NCBI RefSeq assembly: GCF_018350175.1 | Contig: NC_058368.1 | Span: 93,436,001 to 93,500,000 of the forward strand | Origin: Felis catus | Taxonomy: Eukaryota | Direction of reading: 5' to 3' | Length of the DNA stretch: 64,000 nucleotides | Made by a program: the position numbers and the translations under genes | The notes under the pieces: model-generated | Database searches by the model: none | What the model saw: the letters and a program-made list of their open reading frames with translations, nothing else | What the model was told of the DNA's origin: nothing | Shown here: positions 38,386 to 51,000 of the stretch, in pieces | Layout: every line of letters begins with the position of its first letter | How positions within the stretch are numbered: position 1 is the stretch's first letter

Positions 38386-39262
38386 TATGGCGTTTTGTTG
38401 GAAAATGCTTCCAAGCCCTTGTTTATAGAATTTGTATAAAGTATGGGATGTTGTAGAAATATAGAACATCACACTGCCCTTTGGCACCCTGCTGAGTGCA
38501 GCTGGCTCTTCTTCAACAAGACTCGGCTGTATGAAATGCACCAAGGCTATCTACTTCAAAGCGAACACACATCATCCAAAGTACCTGGAACACAGCACCA
38601 GAACACACCGTTACAGCCTCCTTCCGGTAGGTAGCTCACAGATCAAGAGGACTCAGACAAGTTGCATGCTCTCTAAATAGCTGAGCCAAGGCAACTGTTG
38701 GAGCTATTTCTTTCTTTATTTTTTTTAATTAAAAAAAAAAGGCAGAACTTCAGGGTAAACAGTGCTACACAGGACTTTATCGTCGATCGATAAATACCAG
38801 TTAAGCTAATATACCCATCAGGCTGAGACTCGAACAGGTTTTGAAGCTCCCAATTAATTGTCCATAAAAGTCTTGTCATTACTTTTACTATTTCTCAATA
38901 AAATGTAAAGTGTTTTGACATCACACACACAAAAAACAAGAGCCAGACAGAATCAATCGAACCTCTAGCATGCATCTTTCTTTCAGCATAAAGATACTTA
39001 GATGTCCTCAATACTGGTTTATAACCCCATTCATTAACAGTCACTGCTGTTGTGCCAAATAGTTAATGATTGCCTGCTATGTACTGGGCCTGGCAATACA
39101 CTATAAATATAATAGTTCTTGTCTCAATCAATCATGGAATTTAGCAACTAGTAGGGGAAAATGACCATGACAACACATTGAGAGAAATTAGGAGGCCCTC
39201 CTGACCAGCTTCCTGGTGGAAGTGATCTGCAAGCTTGGACTTTAAGAATATGAATAAAAGTT

Positions 39263-39365
39263 GGGGAACCTGGCAGGCACAGTCAGTAGGGTTTGTGGCT
39301 CTTGATCTCAGGGTCATGAGTTCAAGCCCCCACATTGGGTGTAGAGATTACTTAAATAAATTAAA
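39263..39365 (+). mobile_element. short older Can-SINE
   Basis: ...GAGTTCAAGCCCCCACATTGGGTGTAGAGATTACTTAAA. Confidence 0.85.
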
Positions 39366-39714
39366 GAATACGAATATAAAACTAAGCAAAAGGAGAAACA
39401 AATTCCAAATATAGGGAAATCCCATTGCAAAGGTGAAGCAAAAAAAAAAAAAAAGGTTTGTCAATTATATCTCAATAAAACTGGCAGGGGGAGGGGAAAG
39501 CAATGAACAAAGCACTCTCCTTACCCCTAAGGAGCTTACAGTCCCTTTGGAAAGAAAGACAAGCAGTCAAGTTATATCAATAAGTGAATCGATCACAAAT
39601 CATGAACCACATGAAGCTAAGAAAACAAAGGGTTTTTGTGGATGGTGTATATTCCAATGGTTTTAAATTTAAAATTATTTCAAATTAAAAATTACTTAAT
39701 AATGTACTTGACCT

Positions 39715-39920
39715 GGGGCACCCGGGTGGCTCAGTTAGTTAAGCATCCGACTTCAGCTCAGGTCATGATCTCACAGTTCACAAGTTCGAGCCCCACATTT
39801 GGCTCTGTGCTAACAGCTCAGAGCCTGGAGCTTGCTTCCGATTCTGGGTTTCCCTCTCTCTGCTCTTCTCTCGCTTATACTTTATCTCTGTGTCTCTCAA
39901 AAATAAACATGAAAAAAAAA
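39715..39920 (+). mobile_element. Can-SINE
   Basis: SINE body; TGTACTTGAC on both flanks. Confidence 0.94.
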
Positions 39921-39929
39921 TAATAGTGT

Positions 39930-40250
39930 ACTTGACTCTTGAACAACCCCCCCCCCTTAAGTAGTCAAAAATCCATGAATAACTTTCGACATCCTAAAAA
40001 TTCAACTACTAATAGCCCACTATTGACCAGAAGCCCTACTGGTAACATCAACAGTTTATTAACACATATTTTGTATGTTATATGTATTATATACTGTATT
40101 CTTATTATAAAGTAAGCTAAAGAAAAGAAAATCTAATTAAGGAAATCATAAGCAAGAGAAAATACAGTTAGAGTATGGTATTTACTGAAAAAAAGAAAAT
40201 CTGCATTTAAGTGGACCCGTGCAGCTCAAACTTGTTCAAGGCCCAACTGT
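39930..40250. mobile_element. Tigger2-type (TcMar) non-autonomous DNA transposon
   Basis: Left end TTGACTCTTGAACAA and right end AAGTGGACCCGTGCAGCTCAAACTTGTTCAAGGCCCAACTG|TA resemble the Tigger2 TIRs with a TA target. Confidence 0.8.
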
Positions 40251-41729
40251 AATTGATTTGCAGTGAAGTTAAATCAGAAATTTTGGAACTGGAGTTAAAA
40301 TTTCTGCTCCAGGGAAAGGTACCCTGGCCATCTGGCTGCCTTAGCCCCAGGCCACTAGCTCACTTCAGCCTCAGTCATCCCCCTGAGGAGGCCCTCCACA
40401 CCCTACCTGCTGGAGCTGAAGCAGTCCCACCAAGACAGCCCCAGTACATCACCCACCAGAATGCTCCCAGACAGTGCCCATTACAACTCCAGAATCTTGC
40501 GGAGGAGACACAGGCACAAAGCACCCTGGGACATATCAGACCTACACCCACTTCAGCTCCAGATGACTAACCAAAGATGCCATGCAGAGAACACCCCAAG
40601 ACACCCCACTTCAACCTGTGCCTGCTATACCTTTGGCTGTGCCGCAAAGCTGCTGGCCACACAGAGCATCCTGAAACCTCCCAGCCCATGCCCACTTTAG
40701 TTCCAGCCATCTCACCAAGGCAACCTCAGCAAAAGTACCCCGGGACCACCAGCCTGTGCCTCCTATAGCTCCAGCAAGCCAGCCAAAGTCACCAGGCACA
40801 CACAGTCTACAAAGGAAATGTTCTTACACAAAGCCATTCCTTCAAGACTAGGAAAAGTGGCTGTTCCATCTAATTCATAGAAACAAATGCAGAAAGGCAA
40901 ACAAAATGAGGAGACAGAGGAATATCTTGTAAAACAAACAAATAAACAAAAAGACAAAAAAGACAAAAAGACAAAACTTCCGGAAAATAACTATATGAAA
41001 CAGAGATGAGAAATCTACCTGATCAGGAGTTCCAAGGAACAGTCATAGAGATACTCACCAGACTTGAGAGAAGAGGGGATCAAAACAGTAAGAACTTTAA
41101 CAAAGAGATAGAAACTATAAAAAAAGAACCAATCAGAATAGAAGAATACAATAACTGAAATGAGAAATAAATAAGAGGAAGTCATCAGGTTAGACGATGC
41201 AGAACACATCAGCAATCTGGAAAGCAGGGTAGTAGAAAGCTCCAAAGCTGAGCAGCAAAAAGAAAACAGAATTTTTAAAATGAGAATAGATTAAGGGATT
41301 TCTTGTATATCAAGCATATGATATACATTATAGGGATCCCAGAAGGGAGAGACAAAGGGCAGAAAACTATTTGAGCACAGAATAGCTAAAAACTTCCCTA
41401 ACCTGGTAAAGGAAATGAAAATCTCATCCAGGTTGCAAATGTAGCCCAAAAAACATGAACCCAGAGAGGCTCACAAAACACAATCTTAAAGGCAGTAAAA
41501 GAAAAGTTATGTACAAGGGAAACCCCATACGTCTAACAGGTGATTTTTCAGCAGAATCTTGGCAGGCCAGTGGGGAGTGGCATGGAATATTCAAAGTGCT
41601 GAAAGAAAAAATCCTACAACCAAGAATACCCAGCAAGATTATTCAGGACTGAAAAAGAGTTTCCAAGACAAGAAAAAAAAAGTTAAAGAAGTTTATCACA
41701 ACTAAGCCAGCCTATTAAGAAATGTTAAA

Positions 41730-41856
41730 GAGGGATACTTGGGTGGCTAGTTGGTTGAGCATCCAACTTCAGCTCAGATCAAGATCTCCAGTTTGTGGTT
41801 CAAGCCCTACGTTGGAATCTGTGCTGACAGCTCAGAGCCTGGAGCCTACTTTGGAT

Positions 41857-41893
<37 letters not shown>

Positions 41894-41960
41894 TCCTCCC
41901 CCACTCACGTTCTCTGTCTCTCAAAAATAAATAAAAACATTTTTTAAAAATTTTAAAAAA
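41730..41960 (+). mobile_element. Can-SINE in L1
   Basis: AAGAAAT(G/A)TTAAA on both flanks. Confidence 0.9.
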
Positions 41961-42502
41961 GAAATATTAAAAAGACTTCCTTAAGCGGAAATGAAAAGGT
42001 CATAATTAGAAGAAAAATACGAAAGGAAAAACTTTACAGATAAAAGCAAATACATAATAAAGGTAGTAGATCATCATTTATAAAGCTGGTATGAAGGTTA
42101 AAAGGCAAAAGTAGTAAAACCAATTTTATCCAAAAAATTAGGAACTCAAAATAAAAAGATGTAAATATGACATCATATATGTAAAATGAGGAGGGGGAGA
42201 GTAAAAATGTAGTATTTTCAGAACGTATACAAACTTAAATGACCAACAACTTAATACACACTGCTATATATTTAGGCTCTTATATGTGAACCTCATGGCA
42301 ACCACAAACCAAGAACCTATAATAGGTACACACAAAATAAAGAGAAAGAAATCCAAGCATAACACTAAAAAACTCATTAATCACAAAGGAAGAGAGTAAG
42401 AGAAGAAAGAAACAGTAAAACTACAAAAACAATCAGAAAACAATGTTAAAAATGGAAATAAATACATACCTATCAATAATTACTTTAAATACAAATCATC
42501 TA

Positions 42503-42718
42503 GGGGCATCTGGGTGGCTCTGTCTGTTAAGCATGCAACTTTGGCTCAGGTCATGATCTCATAGTCTGTGAGTTGGTGACCCACGTTGGGCTTTGTGCTG
42601 ACAGCTCAGAGCCTAGAACCTGCTTTGGATTTTGTGTCTCCCTCTCTCTCTGCCCCTCCACCACTCACACTCTGTATCTCTGTCCTTCAAAAATAAATAA
42701 ACATTTAAAAAAATTTAA
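42503..42718 (+). mobile_element. Can-SINE in the L1 ORF2 start
   Basis: TSD AAATACAAATCATCTA. Confidence 0.95.
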
Positions 42719-42788
42719 ATACAAATCATCTAAATGGATGAATCAAAAGGCATAGGGTTACTGAATGGATAAAAAAAAAAAAAGACAT

Positions 42789-42967
42789 GGGGCACCTGGG
42801 TGGCTCAGTCGGTTAAGCATCTAACTTGATTTGAGCTTAGGTCATGACCTTATGGTTTGTGAGTTTGAGCCCCACATCAGGCTCTGCACTGACATCGAGG
42901 AGCCTACTTGGGATTCTCTCTCTCCCTCTCTCTGTTCCTCCCCTGCTTGTGCCTGCTCTCATTCATT

Positions 42968-43013
<46 letters not shown>

Positions 43014-43043
43014 TAAAATAAATAAATTAAAAAAAAAAAAAAA
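42789..43043 (+). mobile_element. Can-SINE in L1
   Basis: Full SINE body. Confidence 0.93.
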
Positions 43044-44607
43044 GAATGACCACAGAAGTGGGAATGGTTTAAAAAATAGAGAGAGAAAAAAAAAAAAAAC
43101 AAGACCCACCTATACGCTACCTACAAGAGACTCACTTCAGGCTTAAAAACACATACACACTGAAACTAAAGGGATGGAAAAAATATTCTATGCAAATGGA
43201 AGCACAAAAAGAACAGAAATAACAAAACTTATTGTACAAGACAAAACAAACCTGAAAACAAAGACTCTAATAAGAGACAAAGAAGGGCACTACATAATGA
43301 TAAAGGGAAAAATCCAACATGAGAATATAATAATTGTAAACATCTATATGCCCAACATGTGAGCACCTAAATACATAAAGCAACTATTAAAAGACATAAA
43401 GGGAGAAATTAACAGTCACACAATAATAGTTGGGGTCATTTAATATGCCAGTTACCTCAATGGATAGAATATCCACACAGAAAATCAATAGGGATCAGTG
43501 GCTTTGAATGGCACATTAGGACACATGTACCTAACAGATATATACAGAGCATTCCATTTAAAAGCAGAATATACATCCTTTTCAAAAGCACATGGAACAT
43601 TCTCCACAATAGATCGCATGTTAGGCCACAAAACAAGCCTCAATAAACTTAAGAAGATTAAAATAATAGCAAGCAACTTTTCAGACCACAATATGAAAAT
43701 AGAAATCAATTATAAGAAAACAAACTGGAAAAACAAAAACATATGGAGGCTAAACAACATGCTATGAGACAATAAATGCATCAACATGGAAATCAAAGAG
43801 GAAATACATGAAGACAAATAAAAATGGAAACCCAATGGTCTAAAATCTTTGGGACAGAGCAATAGCAGTTCTAAGAGGGAAAATTATAACAATACAGGTC
43901 TATCTCAAGATAAAGAAAAATCTGAAATAAACAATCCAACCTTACATCTAAAGGAAATAGAAAAAGAAGAACAAAGCCCAAACTTGGTAGAAGGAATTAA
44001 ATAATAAAGATGAGTACAGAAAAAAATCAAATAGAGACCAAGAAAATACAAAAGAAAAGATCAAGGAACCAAAAGCTGGTTCTCTGAAAAAAAGAAATGA
44101 AATTAATAAACTTTTAGCCAGACTCATCAAGAAAAAAGAGAGATTAAATTGAAATGAAAGGGGGAAAGTAACAACTGACACCACAGTAATACAAAGGACT
44201 GTTAAGAATTATGAAAAATTATATGCCAATAAATTAAACATCCTACAGAAATGGATAAATTCCTATAATCTCCCAAAACTGAATCAGGAAGAAATATAAA
44301 ATTTTGCATACACTGATTATTAGCAATGAAACTGAATCAGTAATCAAAAAGCAAAAGGCCAGAACAAGATGGCTTCACATGTCAATTCTATCAAACATTT
44401 AATGAAGAGTTAATACCTATTCTCAAACCATTCCAAAAAATAGGAGACAAGAAAATTTCCAAATTCATTCCACAAGGCCAGCATTATTCTGATACCAAAG
44501 CCAGACAAAGACACTATAAAAAAAAAAAAAAAAAGAAAAGTACAGGAAAATAATTTTCTTTTGATGAACATAGATGCAAGAATCCTCAAGAAAATATTTG
44601 AAAACTA

Positions 44608-44725
44608 GGGGCACCTGACTGCCCCAGTCAGTACAGCATCTGACTCTTGACCTTGGTGTTGTGAATTTGAGCCCCACGGTGAATGTAAAAGTCACTTTAA
44701 AATTTTTTTAAACAATAAAAAAAAA
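44608..44725 (+). mobile_element. short Can-SINE in L1
   Basis: AAGAAAATATT on both flanks. Confidence 0.85.
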
Positions 44726-46417
44726 AGAAAATATTGGTAAACAAAATTCAATAATAAATTAAAGGATTATTTGAATAAGTGAGATTTATTCCAGGAGTGC
44801 AAAGATGATCAATATTCACAAATCAATCAACATAATATATCACATTGACAAAACAAAGGATAAAAACTGCATGATCATCTCAATAGATGCAGAAAAAGCA
44901 TTTCACAAAATGCAACATACATTCATGACAAAAACTGTCAACAAAAGGGTTCAGAGGGACTATTCTCCAACATAATAAAGGCTACATATGACAAACCTAC
45001 AGCTAACATCATATTCGACAGTGCCAAACTGAAAGCTTTCCATCCAAAATCAGGAACAAAACAAGGATGCTCACTATTGCCACTTTCTTTAACCTAATAC
45101 TGGAAGTACTAGCCACAGCAATCACACACAAAAAAAGAAATGAAAGGTATCCAAACTGGGAAGGAAGAGGTAAAACAGTCACTTTTTACAGATGACATGA
45201 CACTATATATAGAAAATCCTAAAGACTCCACCAAAAAACTATCAGGACTGATAAGTGAGTTCAGTTAAGTCACAGGATACAAAATTAATGGACACACAGA
45301 ATACGCTAATAATCAAGTCACAGGATACACTCATAATGTCACAGGATACACTAATAATGAAGTAGCAAAAAGAGAAATTAAGAAAACAATCTCATTTACA
45401 ATTGCACCAAAAATAACAAAATACCTGGAAATAAATTTAACCAAGGAGGTGAAAGACCTGAACTCTGAAAACTCTAAGGTACTGATGAAAGAAATTGAAG
45501 ATGATACAAACAAATGCAAAAATATTCTATACCCATGAACTGGAAGAATTAATATTGTTAAGATGTTCCTGCTACATACAAAAGAATGAAACTAGACCAT
45601 TGTCTTACACCATAAACAAAAATAAACTCAAAATGGATTAAAGACCTAAATATGAGATGTGAACCATAAAACTCCTAAAAGAAAACATAGACCGTAATCT
45701 CTTGGACATCAGCCTTACCAATATATTAATGGATGTATCTCCTCAGGAAAGGAAAACAAAACCAAAAATAAACAAGTTGAACTACACCAAAATAAAAAGC
45801 TTTTGCACAGCAAAGGAAACCATCAACAAAACAAAAGGCAACCTAGTGAATGAGAAAAGATATTTGCAAATGATATACCTGATACAGAGTTAATATCCAA
45901 AATATAGAAAAAAAACTCATACAACTCAACACCAAAAAAGCTAATTTGATTTAAAAATGTGCAGGAGATCTGGACAGTTTTCCAAAGAAGATAGATAGAT
46001 GGTCAACAGACACATGAAGATGCTTAGCATCACTAAACATCAGGAAGATGCAAATAAAAACCACAACGAGATAGCACCTCATACCTGTCAGAATGGCTAG
46101 TATCAAAAAGAAAAGAAATAACAAGTGCTGAAGAGGATATCAAGAAAAAGGAACCCTCTTGCACTGTTGGTGGTAATGTAAGCTGTTCCATCCACCATGG
46201 AAAACAGTATGGAGTTTACTCAAAAACTTAAAAATAGAACTACCATACAATCCAGTAATTCCAGTACTGGGTATTTACCCCAAGAAAACAAAAACACTAA
46301 TTCAAAAAGATATATGCACTTCTATATGTATTGCAGCATTATTTACAACAGACAAGATATGGAAGCAGTCTAAGTGTCCATCAATAGATGAATGGATAAA
46401 GAAGATGTGATATGTAT

Positions 46418-46466
<49 letters not shown>

Positions 46467-46702
46467 GGAATGTTAGTCATAAAAAAGAATGAAATCTTGA
46501 CATTTGTGACAACATGGATGGACCTAAAGGGTATTATGCTAAGTGAAGTAAGTCAGAGAAAGACTAATACCATTATGATTTTACTTACATGCAGAATCTA
46601 AAAACCAAAACAAATGAACAAAGAGATTCATAAATTCAGAAAACAAACTGGTGGTTGCCAGAGGCAAGAGGGTGGGAGGGTGAACAAAATAAGTGAAGGG
46701 GA

Positions 46703-46918
46703 GGGGCACCTGGGTGGCTCAGTGGGTTAAGTGCCGGACTTCAGCTCAGGTCATGCTCTCACAGTTCATGGGTTTGAGCCCTGCAACCTGGTCTGTGCTG
46801 ACAGTTCAGAGCCTGGAACCTGCTTTGGATTCTGTGTCTCCCTGTCTCTCTCTGCACCTCCCCCACTCGTGCTCTGTCTCTCTAAAAAATAAATAAACAT
46901 TAAAAAAAATTTTTTTAA
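46703..46918 (+). mobile_element. Can-SINE in the L1 3' UTR
   Basis: TSD AATAAGTGAAGGGGA. Confidence 0.95.
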
Positions 46919-47286
46919 TAAGTGAAGGGGAATGAGAGGTACAAACTTCCAATAGTAAAATAAAAAGTCACAGGGAGGAAAGGTGCAGCATAGGGGATAC
47001 AGTCGATAATATTGCAATTACACTGTTTGATGAAAGATGGTAACTACACTTATCTTGGTGAGCACAGCATAATGCATAAAATTGTGGAATCACTATGCTG
47101 TACACCCAAAACTAATGTAATACTATATATCGGTTATATTTCGAAAATATACTTTTTTAAAATTCCAGTTCCACACATGCAAGGTCTAGCACCCTAGGTA
47201 AATACCATTTTGTTTCTCATACCTCCTTACACAGGTATGTAATAAAAGTCTCCCTGGGACTCACTGAGGAATGTCCAGGACATCCT

Positions 47287-47503
47287 GGGGTGCCTGGGTG
47301 GCTCAGCCAACTGGGTGGCTCAGTTGATAAGCGGTCAACTTCTGCTCAGGTCATGATCTCACCGTTCATGGGTTTGAGCCCTGCAACCAGGTCTGTTGCT
47401 GGCAGCTCAGAGCCTGGAGCCTGCTTTGGATTCTGTGTCTCCCTCTCTCTGCCTCTCCCCACTCTCACTCTCTCTCCCTCTCAAAAATAAACATAAAAAA
47501 AAA
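47287..47503 (+). mobile_element. Can-SINE with a duplicated head motif
   Basis: CTGGGTGGCTCAG occurs twice at the head. Confidence 0.92.
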
Positions 47504-47876
47504 AGATCTTACAGTTTTATGATAAAGACTCATCGTAAATCTAGGTTATTTCAACTTGCTTAGCTACTCACTAATTATGAGGCAAACTATGGGGTTCCAG
47601 AGAATGAACAAAATGAAAATAACATAAAGCTTTATAGGGATGAAAAGGACGAAAGCATTGGTGGGTGTCAAGAGATAAGTAAGGAATTATATGAAAGGGT
47701 TCAGGAAAGAAATGTGAGCTTCAGATGCTCCCTCTTAAAGCGACAAGACAGACTGAAATTTCCTAAAGACAATGTAGATGGTAAGAAGAGACAAGGGCCT
47801 ACGATAGTATCCTGGGAGTGCTGATTTTGACTCATGGCCAAAGGAAAAGACATTCACAAAGAAGCCTGAGAAGGGT

Positions 47877-47879
<3 letters not shown>

Positions 47880-47931
<52 letters not shown>
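47880..47931. repeat. (GA)n microsatellite
   Basis: Directly visible. Confidence 0.97.
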
Positions 47932-47934
<3 letters not shown>

Positions 47935-47984
47935 GAGAGGGGCCAGAGAACTAAGAGTACGATGTTACCAAGTTCAAGAAAAAA

Positions 47985-48190
47985 TGAGGAGTTATTGCTT
48001 AGTATGTATAAAGTTTCTGTTTGGAGTGTTTTGGAAAGGGACAGCAGTAATGGTTGGCTAACATCATGAAAACAATTAGATAGTGGTGATGTTTGAACAA
48101 CAGTGTGAACAGAATCAATGTAATGGAATCTTACGTGCAGAATGGTTAAAATGGCAAATTTCATGTTATATATATTTTCCTACCAAAAAG
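47985..48190 (+). mobile_element. old L1M 3' end fragment
   Basis: GAATGGTTAAAATGGCAAATTTCATGTTATATATTTT. Confidence 0.7.
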
Positions 48191-48288
48191 AGGCAACAAA
48201 AATATCTGAGGAAAAGAGCATTCCAGAAGGAGGGTGTGGTCAAGGGCTGCTTGCTCTTTAAAGTTTTAGTAAGATAATGGGGAGCTTA

Positions 48289-48495
48289 GGGGTGCCTGGG
48301 TGGCTCAGTAGGTTAAGCATCCAACTCCAGCTCAGCTGGAGCATCCAACTCCAGCTCCTTGTGGTTTGAGCCCCTCATGGGGCTCTATGCTGACAGTCAG
48401 AGCCTGAAAACTGCTTCGGATTCTGTGTCTCCTTCTCTCTCTGACCCTCTCCTGCTCACACTCTGTCTCTCTCTCTCAAAAATAAATAAACATTA
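48289..48495 (+). mobile_element. Can-SINE with an internal rearrangement
   Basis: TSD AAGATAATGGGGAGC at 48271-48285 and 48495-48509. Confidence 0.93.
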
Positions 48496-48502
48496 AGATA
48501 AT

Positions 48503-48610
48503 GGGGAGCCTGGTTGACTCCATCAGTGGAGCATGTGGATTGATCTCAGGGTTGTGGGTTCGAGTCCCATATTGGGTGTAGAGATTACTTAAAAATAAAA
48601 TCTTTTTAAA
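48503..48610 (+). mobile_element. short older Can-SINE
   Basis: GGGTTCGAGTCCCATATTGGGTGTAGAGATTACTTAAAAATAAAATC. Confidence 0.85.
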
Positions 48611-49022
48611 AAAGTAAGATAAAAAATAAAATTTTAGGAAAATAAGGAGTAAAAAGTAACACTTTTGAATACATGAATGAGGATGTCATGGGTAGCATTG
48701 GTAGGTGCTGCAAAGAGGGGATGAGAGGAGTCAGAGGAATAATTGGAGACCTGAGGTCAAAAAACGCAGACAAATCTTTGAAGAACTTTGCCTGGCAAGA
48801 GGAGTAGATAGATGGAATAGCAGCTAAAGACTGCAGTTGAAAAACATTTATTTCCCTTTTCAAATGGAAATAGTTGAACGTGTCCTTTCCTACGTACCCT
48901 GTATTCTTAGATAAAACTTTTGCCTCTCTGAGTAGCTTTGAGCAGAAAAGGTAGGAGAACATGCCTTAGTGAGAAAGCCATGAATTACAAAAGCACAAAC
49001 AAGTTAAGAGTGCGAATTAGAT

Positions 49023-49225
49023 GGGCGCCTGAGTGACTCAGTCGAGCCAACGACTTCGGCTCAGACCATGATCTCGAGGTTTGTGAGTTCAAGCCCAGCG
49101 TCAGGCTCTGTGCTGACTGCTCCGAGCCTGGAGCCTGTTTCAGATTCTGTGTCTCCCTCTCTCTCTGCTCCTCCCCCACTTACACTGTGTCTCTCAAAAA
49201 TGAATAAATGTTAAAAAAAAAATTT
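49023..49225 (+). mobile_element. Can-SINE
   Basis: TTAAGAGTGCGA(A)TTAG TSD. Confidence 0.94.
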
Positions 49226-49784
49226 TTTTAAGAGTGCGATTAGTTGCCTGCATTCTAGAGAAGTGGCTGTCTCTTCCTTTCCTAAAGGATCTCAAAAAGT
49301 CACCAACCCTCCCTGTTAATCAGTTCCCTGATGCAATCATCCATAAAGACAAGAAGAACCGCCTTTATGGAACAGAACTCCCTGTTTTCTTGCTCTGATC
49401 CACACAGTGGAATCTAAAAGGCTAAATGACACCTCAGATTAAACAAACCCGGTGTTACTACGGGACTCTACCTCTAATCTATTTCTTGGCACTCCTTCCA
49501 GTCTTCCTCTCATTTCTCAACGTTGCTCTCGTTGATCAATATCCATCTTTTTATTTCTGCCTCCCTTCCTCTTTCCTCTGAAACATCTGTCAAACACAGT
49601 TTGGTTCTGTTTCAATCCTTCTTTAAAGAGGTACTCGGAAAAGCTTCCCAATCCGTTCCTCACTTTCATGTAACCCATTCTTCGAAAAAATGTAAAAAAT
49701 GGTTCCCAATGAATTTCTTCCCTTGGCAAATACTGCAGCCTATGTCTCCTCCTTGTGTTCCAGCCTTACAACCCATTATGAACT

Positions 49785-51000
49785 CCTCTGTGTATTCACA
49801 AAATACTGAGGCCATCCTACGTGCCAGGAACCATGAGAGGCACTGGTTTTACAAGAGAGAGCACCACTGTTTCTGCCCTGGAGTCTGGTGACAAAGTCAA
49901 ACATTAAACCAGTGATGACACAAATATGTGTAAAATTGTGCTATGCTAACAGGAAGGGCGATGAGACAGAATTGAGGTAGTAGGGGAACTGAAAATAAGT
50001 GAATTCAACCTAGTTGTTGAAGTTAGTTGCCGGAGGGGAGAAAGAGGAGGGAAATAGGTGAAGGAGATTAATAGGTGAACTGGTACAAGCTCCCAGTTAT
50101 GAAATAAATAAGTCATGGAGATGAAAATTGCAGCACAGGGAATGTAGTCCATGTTGTTGTCATATCTTCGTATGTTGACAGATGGTAACTATCGCGGTGA
50201 GCATTTCATACTGTATCTAATTGTCAAATCACTATATTGTACACGTGAAACTAATATGATATGTCAACTATACTCCAAGTTAAAAAAAAAAACTATACTC
50301 CAAGTTAAATAATATATGTCAAACTATACTCGTAAAAAAGTTAGGACCTGAGGAGGTCCTAAGTGAGTTAAGACCCAAAAAAGGAGCAGGAAGTAACCGT
50401 GCTATACCAAGCATAGAAGAGAGAAGAGTTTCGAAGGGAGATGAATCAGCATGTGAAAATGCCCTGTGGCTGATCAGTGTATGGCTGATCAGTGAGGCAG
50501 AATGGGGATGGAGAGAGGCCAGTAGGGGTGAATGGGGACACGAAGGAAGAGCCCTGTGTGACATTAGCCAAGAGATGCAGGAGGGTCTTGTTAACAATTT
50601 TGTTCTTTGAAATAAGCACTCTGGTTGCAGTAGTTGGTGCCATTTGGAGGTTCGCTACCAAGTCGCTGAACACTGATCAGGAGTCAATTGCAGCAGCTTA
50701 GCCCTCAAACGATGTTATTTCAGACTAGAATGGTATCAAGAGGTGGATTTTTAGGAGGTAAAATTGACAAGACTTGATGATCAATTGGATCTAGTAGAGG
50801 CGAATGTTGGGGGACAAGTAGGGACATAGATGGTCTCTGGGTTTCCAGCTGGAGCAGCTGAATGGAGGTCGGTGCTGTTCACCAAGATAAGGTGCACTGG
50901 GAGAACTTGAGGATAGTTGAAATCAGCAGGGCCTGAGTTTTGAGTTGAGATTGAGATACCTTTACAGCAACTAGGAGATGTAAGCGAGCAAATGGACAGG
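49785..51000 (-). mobile_element. L2 relic, interrupted by an L1 tail
   Basis: TATTCACAAAATACTGAGGCCATCCTACGTGCCAGG; AGGAGGTAAAATTGACAAGACTTGATGATCAATTGGAT. Confidence 0.65.
50027..50337 (+). mobile_element. carnivore L1 3' tail with a reiterated terminus
   Basis: Resembles the 3' UTR at 8140-8420; AAGTTAG at 50020-50026 and 50338-50344. Confidence 0.85.

Larger units (their letters stand above)
40300..47155 (+). mobile_element. near-full-length degenerate carnivore LINE-1 (5' UTR, ORF1, ORF2, 3' UTR) interrupted by five SINEs
   Basis: ORF1 start ATGAGGAGACAGAGG at ~40907; endonuclease peptides RDKEGHYIMIKG and SKAHGTFSTIDRMLGHK; RT motifs ISIDAEKAF (~44875), QGC (~45062) and FTDDM (~45185); many stops/frameshifts; internal deletion near 45575. 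Confidence 0.92.

Noticed and set aside
43174..45200. Endonuclease and reverse-transcriptase peptides as a novel RT system
   Set aside because: Ordinary LINE-1 ORF2, broken by stops, frameshifts and SINE insertions.
40284..47173. 10-bp inverted match TGGAACTGGA / TCCAGTTCCA flanking the long L1
   Set aside because: Too short to exclude chance, and L1 produces direct, not inverted, TSDs.
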